This document shows positions 1-10,222 of a stretch of 64,000 nucleotides of DNA, piece by piece (positions within the stretch are counted from its first letter, which is position 1; every line of letters starts with the position of its first letter). Origin of the DNA: an uncultured Planctomycetota bacterium (lineage in GTDB: Bacteria > Planctomycetota > Planctomycetia > Gemmatales > Gemmataceae); NCBI GenBank assembly GCA_963849325.1, contig CAWKHF010000005.1, positions 544,001 through 608,000 of the forward strand. The letters are read 5' to 3'. The position numbers were made by a program, and so were the translations under genes. Under the pieces are notes generated by a model. The model was not told the DNA's origin. It saw only the letters and a list, made by a program, of their open reading frames with translations, and ran no database searches.

Positions 1-1
1 T

Positions 2-889
2 CGCGTCGTAACGCAGATGGGCAACCAGATCCAGTCGCACCCGGCGTACCGCACCGCCGTCAAACTGGTACACGATGGCGTCATCGGCCGCGTCAAGGAG
101 GTCCACTCGTGGCAGAGCGGGCCGATGCGCTGGATGCTCGCCGACGACCGGCCGGCCGGGTCGGACCCCGTGCCGGAGAAGCTGCACTGGGACGATTGGC
201 TCGGCGTCGCTCCGGAGCGGCCGTACAAGGCCCGCGTGTATCACCCCTTCAACTGGCGCGCCTGGCAGGACTACAGCAACGGCCAGCTCGGCGACTTCGG
301 CTGTCACATCCTCGATCCGGTCTTTCTGGCCCTGGGTCTGACCGCGCCGACCACGGTGCGGGCCGAGGCACCGGCCATCAACCGCGAGGTGTGGACGAAG
401 CGCTCCACGGTGCGTTACCAATTCCCCGCCACCGAACGAACCGCGGGCGAAGTGTTCGCGTTGACGTGGTACGACGGCGACGGCCATCTGCCGCCGCCGC
501 AGGCGCACGGCTTGCCGCAGAATTACAAGTTGCCCGGCGCCGGCTCGGTACTGGTGGGCGAGAAAGGCTCGCTGGTCATCCCGCACGTCGCCATGCCGAA
601 GCTGTTTCCCGAGGAGAAATTCGCCGACTTCAAGATCGAGGCGGTGCCGGCGCGCGACCATTACACGTCGTGGGCGGACGCCTGCCGCGGCGAGGGGCGG
701 ACGACGTCGTCGTTCGCTTACGCCGGCCCGCTGACGGAGACGGTGCTGCTCGGCACCATCGCCATCCGCGTCCGTGGCGAGACGCTGCGCTGGGACAGTG
801 CCCGCCTGGCGATCGCCAACACGGCCGCCGCCAACGCCCTGCTCCGCAAGCGCTATCGCAAGGGCTGGGAGCCGGCGTGGATCTCCTGA
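2..889 (+). CDS. Gfo/Idh/MocA family oxidoreductase (5'-truncated by window edge)
   Basis: Open frame from the window edge (RVVTQMGNQ...); HPFNWRAW-DYSNGQLGDFGCHILD motif typical of PVC Gfo/Idh/MocA proteins. Confidence 0.9.
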   Translation, partial: RVVTQMGNQIQSHPAYRTAVKLVHDGVIGRVKEVHSWQSGPMRWMLADDRPAGSDPVPEKLHWDDWLGVAPERPYKARVYHPFNWRAWQDYSNGQLGDFGCHILDPVFLALGLTAPTTVRAEAPAINREVWTKRSTVRYQFPATERTAGEVFALTWYDGDGHLPPPQAHGLPQNYKLPGAGSVLVGEKGSLVIPHVAMPKLFPEEKFADFKIEAVPARDHYTSWADACRGEGRTTSSFAYAGPLTETVLLGTIAIRVRGETLRWDSARLAIANTAAANALLRKRYRKGWEPAWIS

Positions 890-936
890 TTCTCCGAGCC
901 GCTTGCGGCTTAGCGCGAGCGGACCAAATGGTTTTG

Positions 937-1013
937 TCCGAGCCTGAAGCGTAAGCGAAGAGGAGCGGCAACCTTTGGTTGCCGTTCCTCTTCGCTTACG
1001 CTTCAGGCTCGGA
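937..1013. repeat. REP-like palindrome, family C (CCGAGCCTGAAGCGTAAGCGAAG...CTTCGCTTACGCTTCAGGCTCGG)
   Basis: Near-perfect 77-nt inverted repeat between convergent genes; related copies at 26278, 39300 and 58087. Confidence 0.85.
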
Positions 1014-1041
1014 GGAGATTTGTCCGCCTGGGGAAAGGTAT

Positions 1042-2202
1042 TCACTTATTGACCGCGGCCACCACTTTCTGAACCAAATCGTCCTCCCAGTTTTTGGGGA
1101 ACTTGCGGCCATCGCCGAGGCGGACGAACACGAGATCGAGGCTCGGCACCACGAAACCGTGATTGTTGAAGGCGCCGGCCGTCTGCACCAGGTCGCGCGG
1201 CCCGTCCTTGTGGCGCGGAAACACCCACCACTGCGCTCCGTAGCTGGGGTTGGTCTTCGTGCTTCGCCAGGCGAAATCGTAGTGGGCCGACGGCACGACC
1301 TGTTTGTCGTCCCAGCGGCCCTTGTGCAGGGCCAGGTAGCAGAAGCGGGCGTGCTCGCGCGGCGTCGTCAGCACGCCGCTGTAACCCTGGCTGTACGGGC
1401 CGATCTTGCCGTCGCCGCCGATCGGCGTCCACTTGACGTTCTCCATGCCGACGCGCTTGAAAACACGCTTTTTCAGATACGGATACAGATCTTCTCCCGT
1501 CGCATGGTGAAAGACCAGTACGAGGTGGGCGACACCGGCATTGGAGTAGATGAACTTCGTGCCGGGGTCGGCCTGGAGTTTCTTGAAGGGCGATTTGTCC
1601 GTATGGCCCAGGGCGATCTCGAACGGCTCCTTATCGGTCGGCAAATTCTCGCCGCCCAGGCCGGAGGCCATGTTGAGCAGGTGGCGCAGCTTGATGTCGG
1701 CCTTGCGCGGATCGGGCAAGGGTAGCGATTCTTGCAGCCATTCCGTGTTGCAGACCTTGGTGTCCAGGGTCAGTCGCTTGCCGCCGGACAGCTTGCCGCC
1801 CTCGTGCTCGGCCAGGAGCAGGCCGAACGCTAGGCTCGTGTACGCCTTGGAGCTGGAGTAGATGTTGAAGGTCTTGTCGCGGCCGCCGTCCTTGTACCAT
1901 TCGCCGACAACGTAGCCGTGGCGGATGATGAGCAGACCACTGGCGCCGTCTATGGCGGCGTTGTGATCCCAGGCCAACTTGAGCTTGTCCCAATCGACGC
2001 CGCCCGTCTTGGCGAGGACGGCCTTCTGTTCGGCGCTGGGTTCGCCCTTGTCCGGCAGCAGACTGCGCCAACCGCCCTGGCTCTCGGGCGGCGGGAAGTA
2101 GTTGGCCAGGACGGCCTTCTGCGGGCGCGGCTCGTCGGCCCGCGCCGCGACAGGCGCGAGCAGTCCCAGGCCGAGAGCGACAATTCCGATCGTCATTCGC
2201 AT
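1042..2202 (-). CDS. Secreted serine hydrolase, beta-lactamase class C-like
   Basis: Signal peptide; YSSSK (SxxK), LLNMASG and FIYSN motifs. Confidence 0.9.
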   Translation of the reverse strand: MRMTIGIVALGLGLLAPVAARADEPRPQKAVLANYFPPPESQGGWRSLLPDKGEPSAEQKAVLAKTGGVDWDKLKLAWDHNAAIDGASGLLIIRHGYVVGEWYKDGGRDKTFNIYSSSKAYTSLAFGLLLAEHEGGKLSGGKRLTLDTKVCNTEWLQESLPLPDPRKADIKLRHLLNMASGLGGENLPTDKEPFEIALGHTDKSPFKKLQADPGTKFIYSNAGVAHLVLVFHHATGEDLYPYLKKRVFKRVGMENVKWTPIGGDGKIGPYSQGYSGVLTTPREHARFCYLALHKGRWDDKQVVPSAHYDFAWRSTKTNPSYGAQWWVFPRHKDGPRDLVQTAGAFNNHGFVVPSLDLVFVRLGDGRKFPKNWEDDLVQKVVAAVNK

Positions 2203-2218
2203 GATGTTCTCCTGACGC

Positions 2219-3355
2219 TCAACCGGACGAGATCACGGCGGCCCCATCGGTCGCCGCACAAACGTGGAGGACGGGGGAAAGGCCGGTCACGGACTGGTAG
2301 CTGGCCGCGACCACGGAGGCGAAGGCGTGTACGTCGTCCTCGCGGACCAGGGCGACGGCACAACCGCCGAAGCCGGCGCCGGTCATGCGAATGCCCAGGC
2401 AGGCCGGATGCAGCCGACCGTATTCGACTAGTACGTCCAGCTCGCGGCTGGACACGGCGAAGTCGTGGCGCAAACTGTCGTGACTGGCGTTCATGAGCCG
2501 GCCCAGGGCGACGGCATCGCCGCAGCGCATGGCCGCGGCCGCTTGCAGGGTGCGCTCGTTCTCGCTGACGACGTGCCGCGCCGCCGCCGTGTGACTTCAT
2601 CGAGCCGGCCCGCTTCCGCCTCGAAGCGGTCCGCGCTCACGTCGCGCAGAGCGGCCACGCCGAAGGCGCGAGCGGCGGACTCGCACTGGCCGCGCCGCTC
2701 GTTGTAGGCCGAATCGACCAGGCCGCGCCGCGTGGCGCTGTCGAGCACGACCACGACGGTGCCCGGCGGCAAGGGCACGGCCTCCGTGTGCAGGGTCCGG
2801 CAGTCGATGAGCAGGGCGTGTCCGGCTCGGCCCGTCGCCGAAATCATCTGATCCATGATGCCGCAGCGCACGCCGACCCACTCGTTCTCGGCGCGCTGGC
2901 CGAGCTTCGCCATCCGCGCCGCGTCCCAGGGCAAATCCGACACGGCGGCGAACGCCCGCGCCACGGCCAGTTCCAGCGCCGCCGAGGACGACAGGCCGGC
3001 GCCGACCGGCACGTCGCCGGCAATCACCCCCTCCCAGCCTCGCAGGACGTGGCGGGACTCTTGCAAGGCCCACGCTACCCCCTTGACGTACTCGGCCCAA
3101 TCTCCGTTCGTCCGCTCGATGCGATCGAGCGCGAACGTCACCGACGCGGCGAAGTCGAAGGAGTGCGCGAGCACTTGCCGATCCACGCGCGGCCGCAGGG
3201 CGATCCACACGGCACGGTCGATGGCCAGCGGCAACACGAAGCCGTCGTTGTAATCGGTGTGTTCGCCGATCAGGTTGACGCGGCCGGGAGCGCGGACCAC
3301 GAAGGTCGGCGGCGCTGAAAACGCTGCGCGAATTCGCGGCGGATAAGCGACTCAC
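2219..3355 (-). CDS. galK: Galactokinase (frameshifted near 3310 and 2570)
   Basis: RAPGRVNLIGEHTDYNDGFVLP, GAGLSSSAA, CGIMDQ and RMTGAGFGGC, spread over 2-3 frames. Confidence 0.92.
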
Positions 3356-3383
3356 CCCAACGCACCATGCGCTCTCCTGGACG

Positions 3384-4784
3384 TCATTGCGTCGGCTTGG
3401 CCTGCAACCCTTCGAGCAATCCCCAGGTATACTGGGCCTTTTTCCATTGCACCGTCACCCGCTCCTCCTGCGTGAGGGTGGTTGCCCTCAGAGGTGTCTT
3501 TCTCCCGCGCCGGAAATCGCCCACGTAACTGTTCACGGATTCGATGCCGGGACGGCCGTGACAGCCCCGGCACGAGGTGCCGATGACTTCGCGCTCGTCT
3601 CCGCCGCCGAGACCGTAAAAGAGCACATAGGCCCGTTCGCGCTCCTGTGCCCCGGCCGGAGTCAACCCACCGGCCTTGCCCGCCAGCAGGTCGCGGCGCC
3701 GCAGTCGGTGCTCGATGAACGTTTGCACGTCACCGCCGTCCGGTTGGGTGATCTGCTGCTTTGGGTCCAGATAGACGCGGACTTGCATCGTCTCGGTCAA
3801 CGGCGTCGGCACGATCTCGCCGCGTTCGTCGAGCAGCATGGTGCGGCGGACCAGCGCCACCTGCGTCCGCGGCGGCAAGGACGGGTTGGCCTGTACGCGC
3901 TTATCGGCGTCGTCGAGCAATTGATTCACGTAATCGAGGGTTTGTCGGCGTCCACCCGGCAAGCACAGGAACACCAGGAAAGCGGAGCGGCCGCCAAAAA
4001 AGCGCGCATGGGTGGAGGCCAGCGGCCCCTCCGAGGCTGCGCCGACAAGCACCCAGGGGCCGTCCACCTGCCACAGATCGCGCGGCAAGAACGCTGCCTT
4101 CGGTCGCTCCGGGTCGAATGCCGCGGGCACCGTGCCGGCCTTCACCGCGGCCGCGAAGTTGTCCGGCAACTGGCGGATTTGCTCGCCAGAGAGGGCCAGA
4201 CGCGGCAGGAGCTTCGCCAGGCGCGCCAGCAGCGGGCGCCGCGCCGGGGTAAACCGGGATGAATCCAAGAGCGGAAAGGCCGGATCGGCGAGGGTATCGA
4301 ACAGCGCCCACAGGTCGCGCTGGAGCAGGGCGCGCCGCAGCGGATCGCGGAGGAGCTTTTCCCCGTCTTTGCTGAGGAACTCATCGAGTACGGCGAGAGC
4401 TTCGCGGTGGGCGTCGCGCGACTTGCGGGGGAATTCTCGCAAGTGCGGCGCCTTGCGGACCAGTGCGTCATAGTGGGCATCCGCGGGACCAGTGAACAGA
4501 TACTTGCTGGGATGCCACAGCATCGGATCGAGGTCGTTGGCATTCTCTTCTTCATTTTCCGCCTCGACCAAAAACTCCTCGTCGGCTCGATTCGTCGTCA
4601 AACGAACACGCAGTGCATCGTGCAGCCGGTTCCACAGATGTTGGGGGTCTGGATCATACAGCGTGCTTCCCCGCGTCGCGGCCGGCGCCGACAGCGAATC
4701 GCCTCGAAACAGCGCCATCCCGAAGGAGACGAGGATCGCGACGATCAGGCCGACCGTTCGCGCCGCTCGTGGATTGGCGAACAT
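3384..4784 (-). CDS. Exported hypothetical protein with a C-terminal CxxCH heme c motif
   Basis: N-terminal hydrophobic segment; SCRGCHG near the C-terminus; directly follows the SDR gene. Confidence 0.65.
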   Translation of the reverse strand: MFANPRAARTVGLIVAILVSFGMALFRGDSLSAPAATRGSTLYDPDPQHLWNRLHDALRVRLTTNRADEEFLVEAENEEENANDLDPMLWHPSKYLFTGPADAHYDALVRKAPHLREFPRKSRDAHREALAVLDEFLSKDGEKLLRDPLRRALLQRDLWALFDTLADPAFPLLDSSRFTPARRPLLARLAKLLPRLALSGEQIRQLPDNFAAAVKAGTVPAAFDPERPKAAFLPRDLWQVDGPWVLVGAASEGPLASTHARFFGGRSAFLVFLCLPGGRRQTLDYVNQLLDDADKRVQANPSLPPRTQVALVRRTMLLDERGEIVPTPLTETMQVRVYLDPKQQITQPDGGDVQTFIEHRLRRRDLLAGKAGGLTPAGAQERERAYVLFYGLGGGDEREVIGTSCRGCHGRPGIESVNSYVGDFRRGRKTPLRATTLTQEERVTVQWKKAQYTWGLLEGLQAKPTQ

Positions 4785-4789
4785 GACGA

Positions 4790-5496
4790 TCACTCCTCCT
4801 CCACTCCGGGCACTGTCAACGACTTGCCATTGTCGCGCCGTCCCAGCCCGAGCAGGAAGGGTACAGCGCGTTCGGCCCATTCGTCGGCCGGCGGATAGCG
4901 GCCGGCGTCATCGCCGAAGCAGCCGCGCAGCATGTCCGTGTCAATGATGCCGGGATTGAGCGGCACGGCCGACAGACCGCGAGGCAATTCCTGCGCCAGC
5001 GCCTGCGTCAGCCCCTCGACGGCGAACTTGCTGGCGCAGTACGGCGCCACCTCCGGCGAGGTCGAGCGCCCCCAGGCCGAGCTGAAATTGACGAGGACAC
5101 CGCTGCCGCGCGCGATCATGGCCGGCACGAAACATCGCAGCACGTTGGCCACGCCCTTGACGTTGACGTCGATGAGTCGGTCGAACTCCTCGGCCGGAAC
5201 CTGCCACAGCACGGCATTGGCGTTCATCACCGCCGCGTTGTTGATAAGCAAGTCGGGCATCCGTACACAGCCAGCAATCGCTCGGCCCAGGCCGGGACCT
5301 GATCGGCCCTGGTCACGTCCACGGCGGCAAAGTCGTGCGGCGGGCCGAAGTGCTGCCGTAAGTCGGCCAGGTCGGATGCGGATCGACCGCAGCCGAGAAC
5401 GGTGTGGCCCAAAGCGATGAACTGCTCGGCCATCGCCCGACCCAGGCCGCGCGTGACGCCGGTGAGCACGATTCGCCGAGCGGATATCACCGCCAT
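4790..5496 (-). CDS. SDR family oxidoreductase (frameshifted ~5270)
   Basis: TGVTRGLG Rossmann motif in one frame; NNAA and YCASK catalytic motif in the next. Confidence 0.9.
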
Positions 5497-5519
5497 GCCG
5501 ATGTCTCCCTTTTCGTGCC

Positions 5520-6344
5520 TTAGCCGTTTCGCGTCCGCGCTTCCAGCTCGCGGATGCGCGCCTGCGCGGCGGCCAGGGCCGCCTCGGCGGCGGCGCGGGC
5601 TTGCGCTTCGGCGTTGCGCGCCTGGGCCATCGCGGTGAAGTCCTCAATCTCTTGTCCTGTGTCCGCGTCCCAACAAACGGCCCGTTCGTCGCGCAGACCC
5701 AACAGCAAGCCCAGCGGCTCCAGCAGTAGCCGGCCCCGACCATCCAGCGGCAGACGCTCGTACTTGCGCGCCCCACGCCAATAACCCACTACCTGCCGCA
5801 GACCCTCCTCCCGTTCCTGGTCCACCAGGGCGTACAACGGCACCCGCGCCCGATAATATTCGCGCACCTTCGTCACCACGTCATTGTCCCGCGCTTGCCG
5901 ATCGTGCGCGTCCGGCGAGACCACCTCCATCGTCAATATGGGGCGAGCACCTTCCCGCGCCACGCGGAAGGTCTTCCAGATACGCTTGGGATCCTGTACG
6001 CCCTCGAAGACGCTGATGTCGGGCGAATGATTGCGCAGGCCGCGGACGCCCCAGTTAATGAGGCAATCGCTCAGCACCACCGTCCGCGGGTTGCCGGACA
6101 GACGCCATTCCAGCACGCCGGCGAGATAGCGACGGTCTCTTTCTTGCTGGCTGCTTTCGGTAATGTGATCGCCCTCCTGGGGATGCAGGACGTCATCGAG
6201 AGTCAACGGCACTTGCACCGACACCTTGGCGCCGTCGGGTCCGATTTGCTGCACGTAACGCCAGCCGAAGCGAAACGGATCGGGTCGCTCCGCTCGGCGC
6301 GATGTGCCGTTGTTGGAGGTGGTGGAACGTCTTCGGTGGTTCAT
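5520..6344 (-). CDS. Uma2 (DUF820) family PD-(D/E)xK putative endonuclease, copy 1
   Basis: HSPDISVF, EVVSP, D-VTKVREYYRARVPLY, C-terminal RAAAEA coiled coil; GGAGGT RBS. Confidence 0.88.
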   Translation of the reverse strand: MNHRRRSTTSNNGTSRRAERPDPFRFGWRYVQQIGPDGAKVSVQVPLTLDDVLHPQEGDHITESSQQERDRRYLAGVLEWRLSGNPRTVVLSDCLINWGVRGLRNHSPDISVFEGVQDPKRIWKTFRVAREGARPILTMEVVSPDAHDRQARDNDVVTKVREYYRARVPLYALVDQEREEGLRQVVGYWRGARKYERLPLDGRGRLLLEPLGLLLGLRDERAVCWDADTGQEIEDFTAMAQARNAEAQARAAAEAALAAAQARIRELEARTRNG

Positions 6345-6409
6345 GGCAGACCTCCATTCCCGAGGGACCGAATCGAGCCGCCCCAGGCCAATGTCTTCCC
6401 TGTTGCGCC

Positions 6410-7234
6410 TCAGCCGTTTCGCGTCCGCGCTTCCAGTTCGCGGATGCGTGCCTGCGCGGCGGCCAGGGCAGCCTCGGCGGCGGCGCGGGCGGACTCGGCG
6501 GCGCTGCGTGCCTGGGCCATCGCCGTGAAGTCCTGGATCTCTTCTCCCGTGTCCGCGTCCCAACAAACGACTCTCTCGTTGCGCAGGCCCAGTAGCAAGT
6601 TCAGCGGCCCCAGCAGTAGCCGGCCCTGACCATCCAGCGGCAGACGCTCGTACTTACGCACCCCACGTCGATAACCCACGATCTGCCGTGGGCTATCCTC
6701 CTGTTCCTGGTCCACCAGGACGTACAATGGCACACGCGCCCGGTAATATTCACGCACCTTCGTCACCACGTCATTGTCACGCGCCTGCCGATCGTGGGCG
6801 TCCGGCGATACGATTTCGATTACGAGAAGGGTGCGAGCGCCTTCCCGCGCCACGCGGAAGGTCTTCCAGTGACGGTTGCGGTCGGCAACGCCGTCGAAGA
6901 CGCTGATGTCGGGCGAATGATTGCGCAGGCCGCGGACGCCCCAGTTAATGAGGCAATCGCTCAGCACCACCGTCCGCGCATTGCTGGACAGGCGATAACG
7001 CAGCACGGACACCAGGTAAGTGCGGTCTTGTTCTTGCTGGCTGCTTTCGGTAATGCGATCGCCCTCCTGGGGATGCAGGACGTCATCGAGAGTCAACGGC
7101 ACTTGCACCGACACCTTGGAGCCATCGGGACCGATTTGCCGCACGTAACGCCAGCCGAAGCGAAACGGATCGGGTCGCTCCGCTCGGCGCGATGTGCCGT
7201 TCTTCGAGGCGGTGGAACGTCCTCGGTGGTTCAT
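6410..7234 (-). CDS. Uma2 (DUF820) family putative endonuclease, copy 2
   Basis: Same length (825 nt) and motifs as copy 1, same RBS region. Confidence 0.88.
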   Translation of the reverse strand: MNHRGRSTASKNGTSRRAERPDPFRFGWRYVRQIGPDGSKVSVQVPLTLDDVLHPQEGDRITESSQQEQDRTYLVSVLRYRLSSNARTVVLSDCLINWGVRGLRNHSPDISVFDGVADRNRHWKTFRVAREGARTLLVIEIVSPDAHDRQARDNDVVTKVREYYRARVPLYVLVDQEQEDSPRQIVGYRRGVRKYERLPLDGQGRLLLGPLNLLLGLRNERVVCWDADTGEEIQDFTAMAQARSAAESARAAAEAALAAAQARIRELEARTRNG

Positions 7235-7331
7235 GGCAGACCTCCATTCCCGAAGGACCGAATCGAACCACCGTATTCTAGCCGAAGCGCAGAGATCGAG
7301 AAACGGTGACGCGAATCGTCTGCCGGTCCTG

Positions 7332-8336
7332 TCAAAACCAGCTTGTCTTATCGACGACGTTTTGAAGAGGCTCGCCGCGCACGAAGCGGCGTACATTCTC
7401 CAGCAACACACCGAGATGACGCTCGGCGATGCGCGGCGAATAGCCGGCGACGTGCGGCGTGAGGATGACTTTGCCGGCCATGCTCCACAGCGGATGCTCG
7501 GCCGGCAGCGGCTCGACCTCGAACACGTCCAGTCCCGCCCCCGCGATCTCGCCGGCCCGCAGCGCCGCCGTCAGGTCTTCCAGATCGACGATGGCCCCGC
7601 GTCCGACATTGATGAGATAAGCGGTCGGTTTCATCTGCTGAAACTGCGGTCGGCGAAACATTTTGACCGTTCGCGGCGTGTGCGGGGCGGCGATGACGAC
7701 GAAATCGCTCTGGGCCAGCAGATCGGGCAGGCGCTCGGCCGGCCACACCCCGGCGACCCCCGGCGGCGTCTCCTTCGGTACCGGATCGACGGCCAGCACG
7801 CGCATACCGAAGGCCAGGCCGCGGCGAGCGACCTCGGCGCCGATGCCGCCGAAGCCGACGATGCCGAGCGTGGCATCGCTCAGGTGCATGTGGGCGCGGT
7901 CGATGGCGTTGATGACGCCGGGTCCGGTGGCAAAACCGACGCGGGCGTCCTCGCCGCCGACCGGCGCCCAGTGGCCGCACATCTGTTGCAGGATGTACTG
8001 GTGCAGATTGCGGGCGAAGCAGAGGACGTAGCCGAACACCTGATCGGCGATGACGTCGGAGAACAGGCCGCGCATGTTGGTCAGGACGCAGGGGTGAGCG
8101 ATCAACTCGGGGAAGATGTAGTGTTCCAGGCTGGCCGTCGACGACTGCACCCAGCGCAGCCGCGGCGCGGCCGCCAGCAGCGGCGGCGTGATCTTACCGA
8201 AGAAGGCGTCCGCGTCCGCCATGTGGTCCCGCGCCTCGCTGTCGTCGGCGGCGTTGACCACTTCCATGCCGGCGGCTTCCGCCGTGATGCGGGTCAGGCG
8301 TGCTTCTTCGACCGGGGGATGGATGACCAGTTTCAT
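7332..8336 (-). CDS. D-2-hydroxyacid dehydrogenase
   Basis: GIVGFGGIG, INVGRG, GAGLDVFEVEPL and LTPHVAG motifs. Confidence 0.93.
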   Translation of the reverse strand: MKLVIHPPVEEARLTRITAEAAGMEVVNAADDSEARDHMADADAFFGKITPPLLAAAPRLRWVQSSTASLEHYIFPELIAHPCVLTNMRGLFSDVIADQVFGYVLCFARNLHQYILQQMCGHWAPVGGEDARVGFATGPGVINAIDRAHMHLSDATLGIVGFGGIGAEVARRGLAFGMRVLAVDPVPKETPPGVAGVWPAERLPDLLAQSDFVVIAAPHTPRTVKMFRRPQFQQMKPTAYLINVGRGAIVDLEDLTAALRAGEIAGAGLDVFEVEPLPAEHPLWSMAGKVILTPHVAGYSPRIAERHLGVLLENVRRFVRGEPLQNVVDKTSWF

Positions 8337-8340
8337 CGGT

Positions 8341-10162
8341 TCACAGGGAGAGAAGGAAGGCGAGGAGGTCTTGTCGCTGGGACGGCGTCAGCGTCTGCCC
8401 GCCCAGCTTCTCCGGGGCGTGCGGCCCTTGCAGCAAGTCGTCGAGCGTTTCCGCCCGACCATCGTGCAGATAGGGGCCGCGCTGCCACAGACCCCGCAAT
8501 GACGGCGGGTTCCAGCGGCGGTACGGGCTGCCGTCCGCCTCCAATTTTACGTCGTAAGTGTGTTCCGAGGTGTACTCCGGCGGGGCGTGACAGCGCGAGC
8601 ACTTCGCCGCGCCCTCGAAAAGCACCTGACCGCGTTCCGCCGCGGGTGACAACCGATTGTCCGCGAGGCGATGCGGATTGGGTGGATGATCGAGCGTACC
8701 GAGGAAGGCGACGACGGCGCGGACCTCATTGGCCGTCGGCCGAGGGCCGAACATTGTCTGCACGTAGGATTTCTCGACGGCGGCCGCGAGGTCCGTCTGC
8801 CAGCCGTGCCACGTCCACGGAGCGGTGCGAGCGACGCCGCGCAGGCTCGGCGTCAGCTTGGGATTGCCGTAGGAGTCGTCGTTGAGCGTGTCGAAGGTCA
8901 GGCCGCAGGTGTGGCCGTCGCTGTGGCAGGTGTGGCAGCTGAACCATTGGTTGTGCGAGCGGCGAGCATCGTAAAACAGCGCCTCGCCCTGCCGAGCCGG
9001 CGACGGCCGTTCCGGGCCGCCCAGCGCGACCGTCCGTATCACCCGGCCGGCGCGGACATCGACGATTTGCAGAGCGTCGCGCAGGTAGTTGGCGACCACG
9101 GCCCGCGAGCCGCCGGGGAGGAAAGCGAGGGCGAGCGGCCGGCCCTCCAACGGCAGACGGCGCAGCTTGCCGTCATTGTTCGCCAGACTTTCGTGAAGGA
9201 AATCGCCCGGATCGCCGCCGCTCCACGGCAGCGCCGCCGCCTCGAACACCAGCATTTCGTGCGTGCCGCCCGCCGTGACGGCGAGATAGACGCCCCGACG
9301 GGTCGAAGGCGACGCCGTGTACGTCGCCGACCGCCTGCCCGTGCTTGTCGAGGGCGACTTGCTCCAGCGGCGGCACGGCTTTGGGGTCCAGCGGCAGCCG
9401 CGTCAGTCGGCTGTCCGTCACCCAGCCCTTGTCGATGTTCTCGCGCGATACCGGGAAGGAACGCCTGACCGCGTGAGCGCAGATCAGCGCCCGGCCGTCC
9501 GGCGTGAACGCCAGGCCGCGCAGATTGAAGGCGTCCTCGATTTTCCGCGTCCAGACGAGCTTGCCGGTCGTCACGTCCCACAGGCGCACCTGCGCCGAGC
9601 GGCTGCTGGCGGCGGCGAGAAAGCGGCCGTCCGATGACAGGGCCAGGTGGCGCGGTTCGCGCGGGGCGGGCCAGCGCTGCGTGATCTTCCGGCTGGCCCA
9701 GTCGAGGACGGCGATTTCGTCGCTGCCGGACAGCGCGACATAGAGCCGTCCGTTCGCCGCGAAAGCCAGGCCGCGCGGCTGCACGCCGACGGTAAGAACG
9801 CCGGCGGGTTTGATCGTGTCGCCATCGAGGTCGAACAGCGACAGGCTATCCGACCAGAGGTTGCTGACGGCGGCGTGCCGGCCGTCCGTAGAACAGGCCA
9901 CCGCCGTCGGTTTGCGGCCGCACGGCCGTTCCGCCAACACCTTGCCGGTATCGAGATCTACAAGGGATACCGAATCCGCCGTGTGGTTGGCCGTCAACGC
10001 CAGTCGGCCGCCCGGCAACAGGGCCACGTCCACCGGACTGCGATGGGGTCCAACCGATTCACCACAAAGACACAAAGAGCACAAAGAAGACAAGGAAAAC
10101 AGGGTCGCCGCGGCGACAACCGCCGAGACGACACCAAGGAAGGGGATCGGAAATCGATACAT
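8341..10162 (-). CDS. Beta-propeller (YVTN/YncE-like) plus di-heme cytochrome c peroxidase-like protein (frameshifted ~9290)
   Basis: Propeller repeats followed by SCHTCH and CSRCH; TPSLRGV..TAPW and GPYLHDGRA motifs. Confidence 0.82.
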
Positions 10163-10222
10163 AATCTTTCTCCTATCACCTTTATTTCTCTTCTTTGTGT
10201 TCTTTGTGTCTTTGTGGTGAAT
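10057..10222. repeat. Inverted repeat with 9-mer tandem arms, family D (ACCACAAAGACACAAAGAGCACAAAG ... CTTTGTGTTCTTTGTGTCTTTGTGGT)
   Basis: Arms 10057-10090 and 10189-10222; same architecture at 31981 and 44906. Confidence 0.85.

Larger units (their letters stand above)
5517..7266. repeat. Tandem direct duplication, 890-bp period, covering both Uma2 genes and their upstream RBS regions
   Basis: 5517-6376 aligns to 6407-7266 at a constant offset of 890. Confidence 0.95.

Noticed and set aside
7194-8885. 563-aa + strand ORF and similar long overlapping ORFs (e.g. 59633-61636, 39347-40810)
   Set aside because: Antisense to well-supported genes, with no recognisable motifs.
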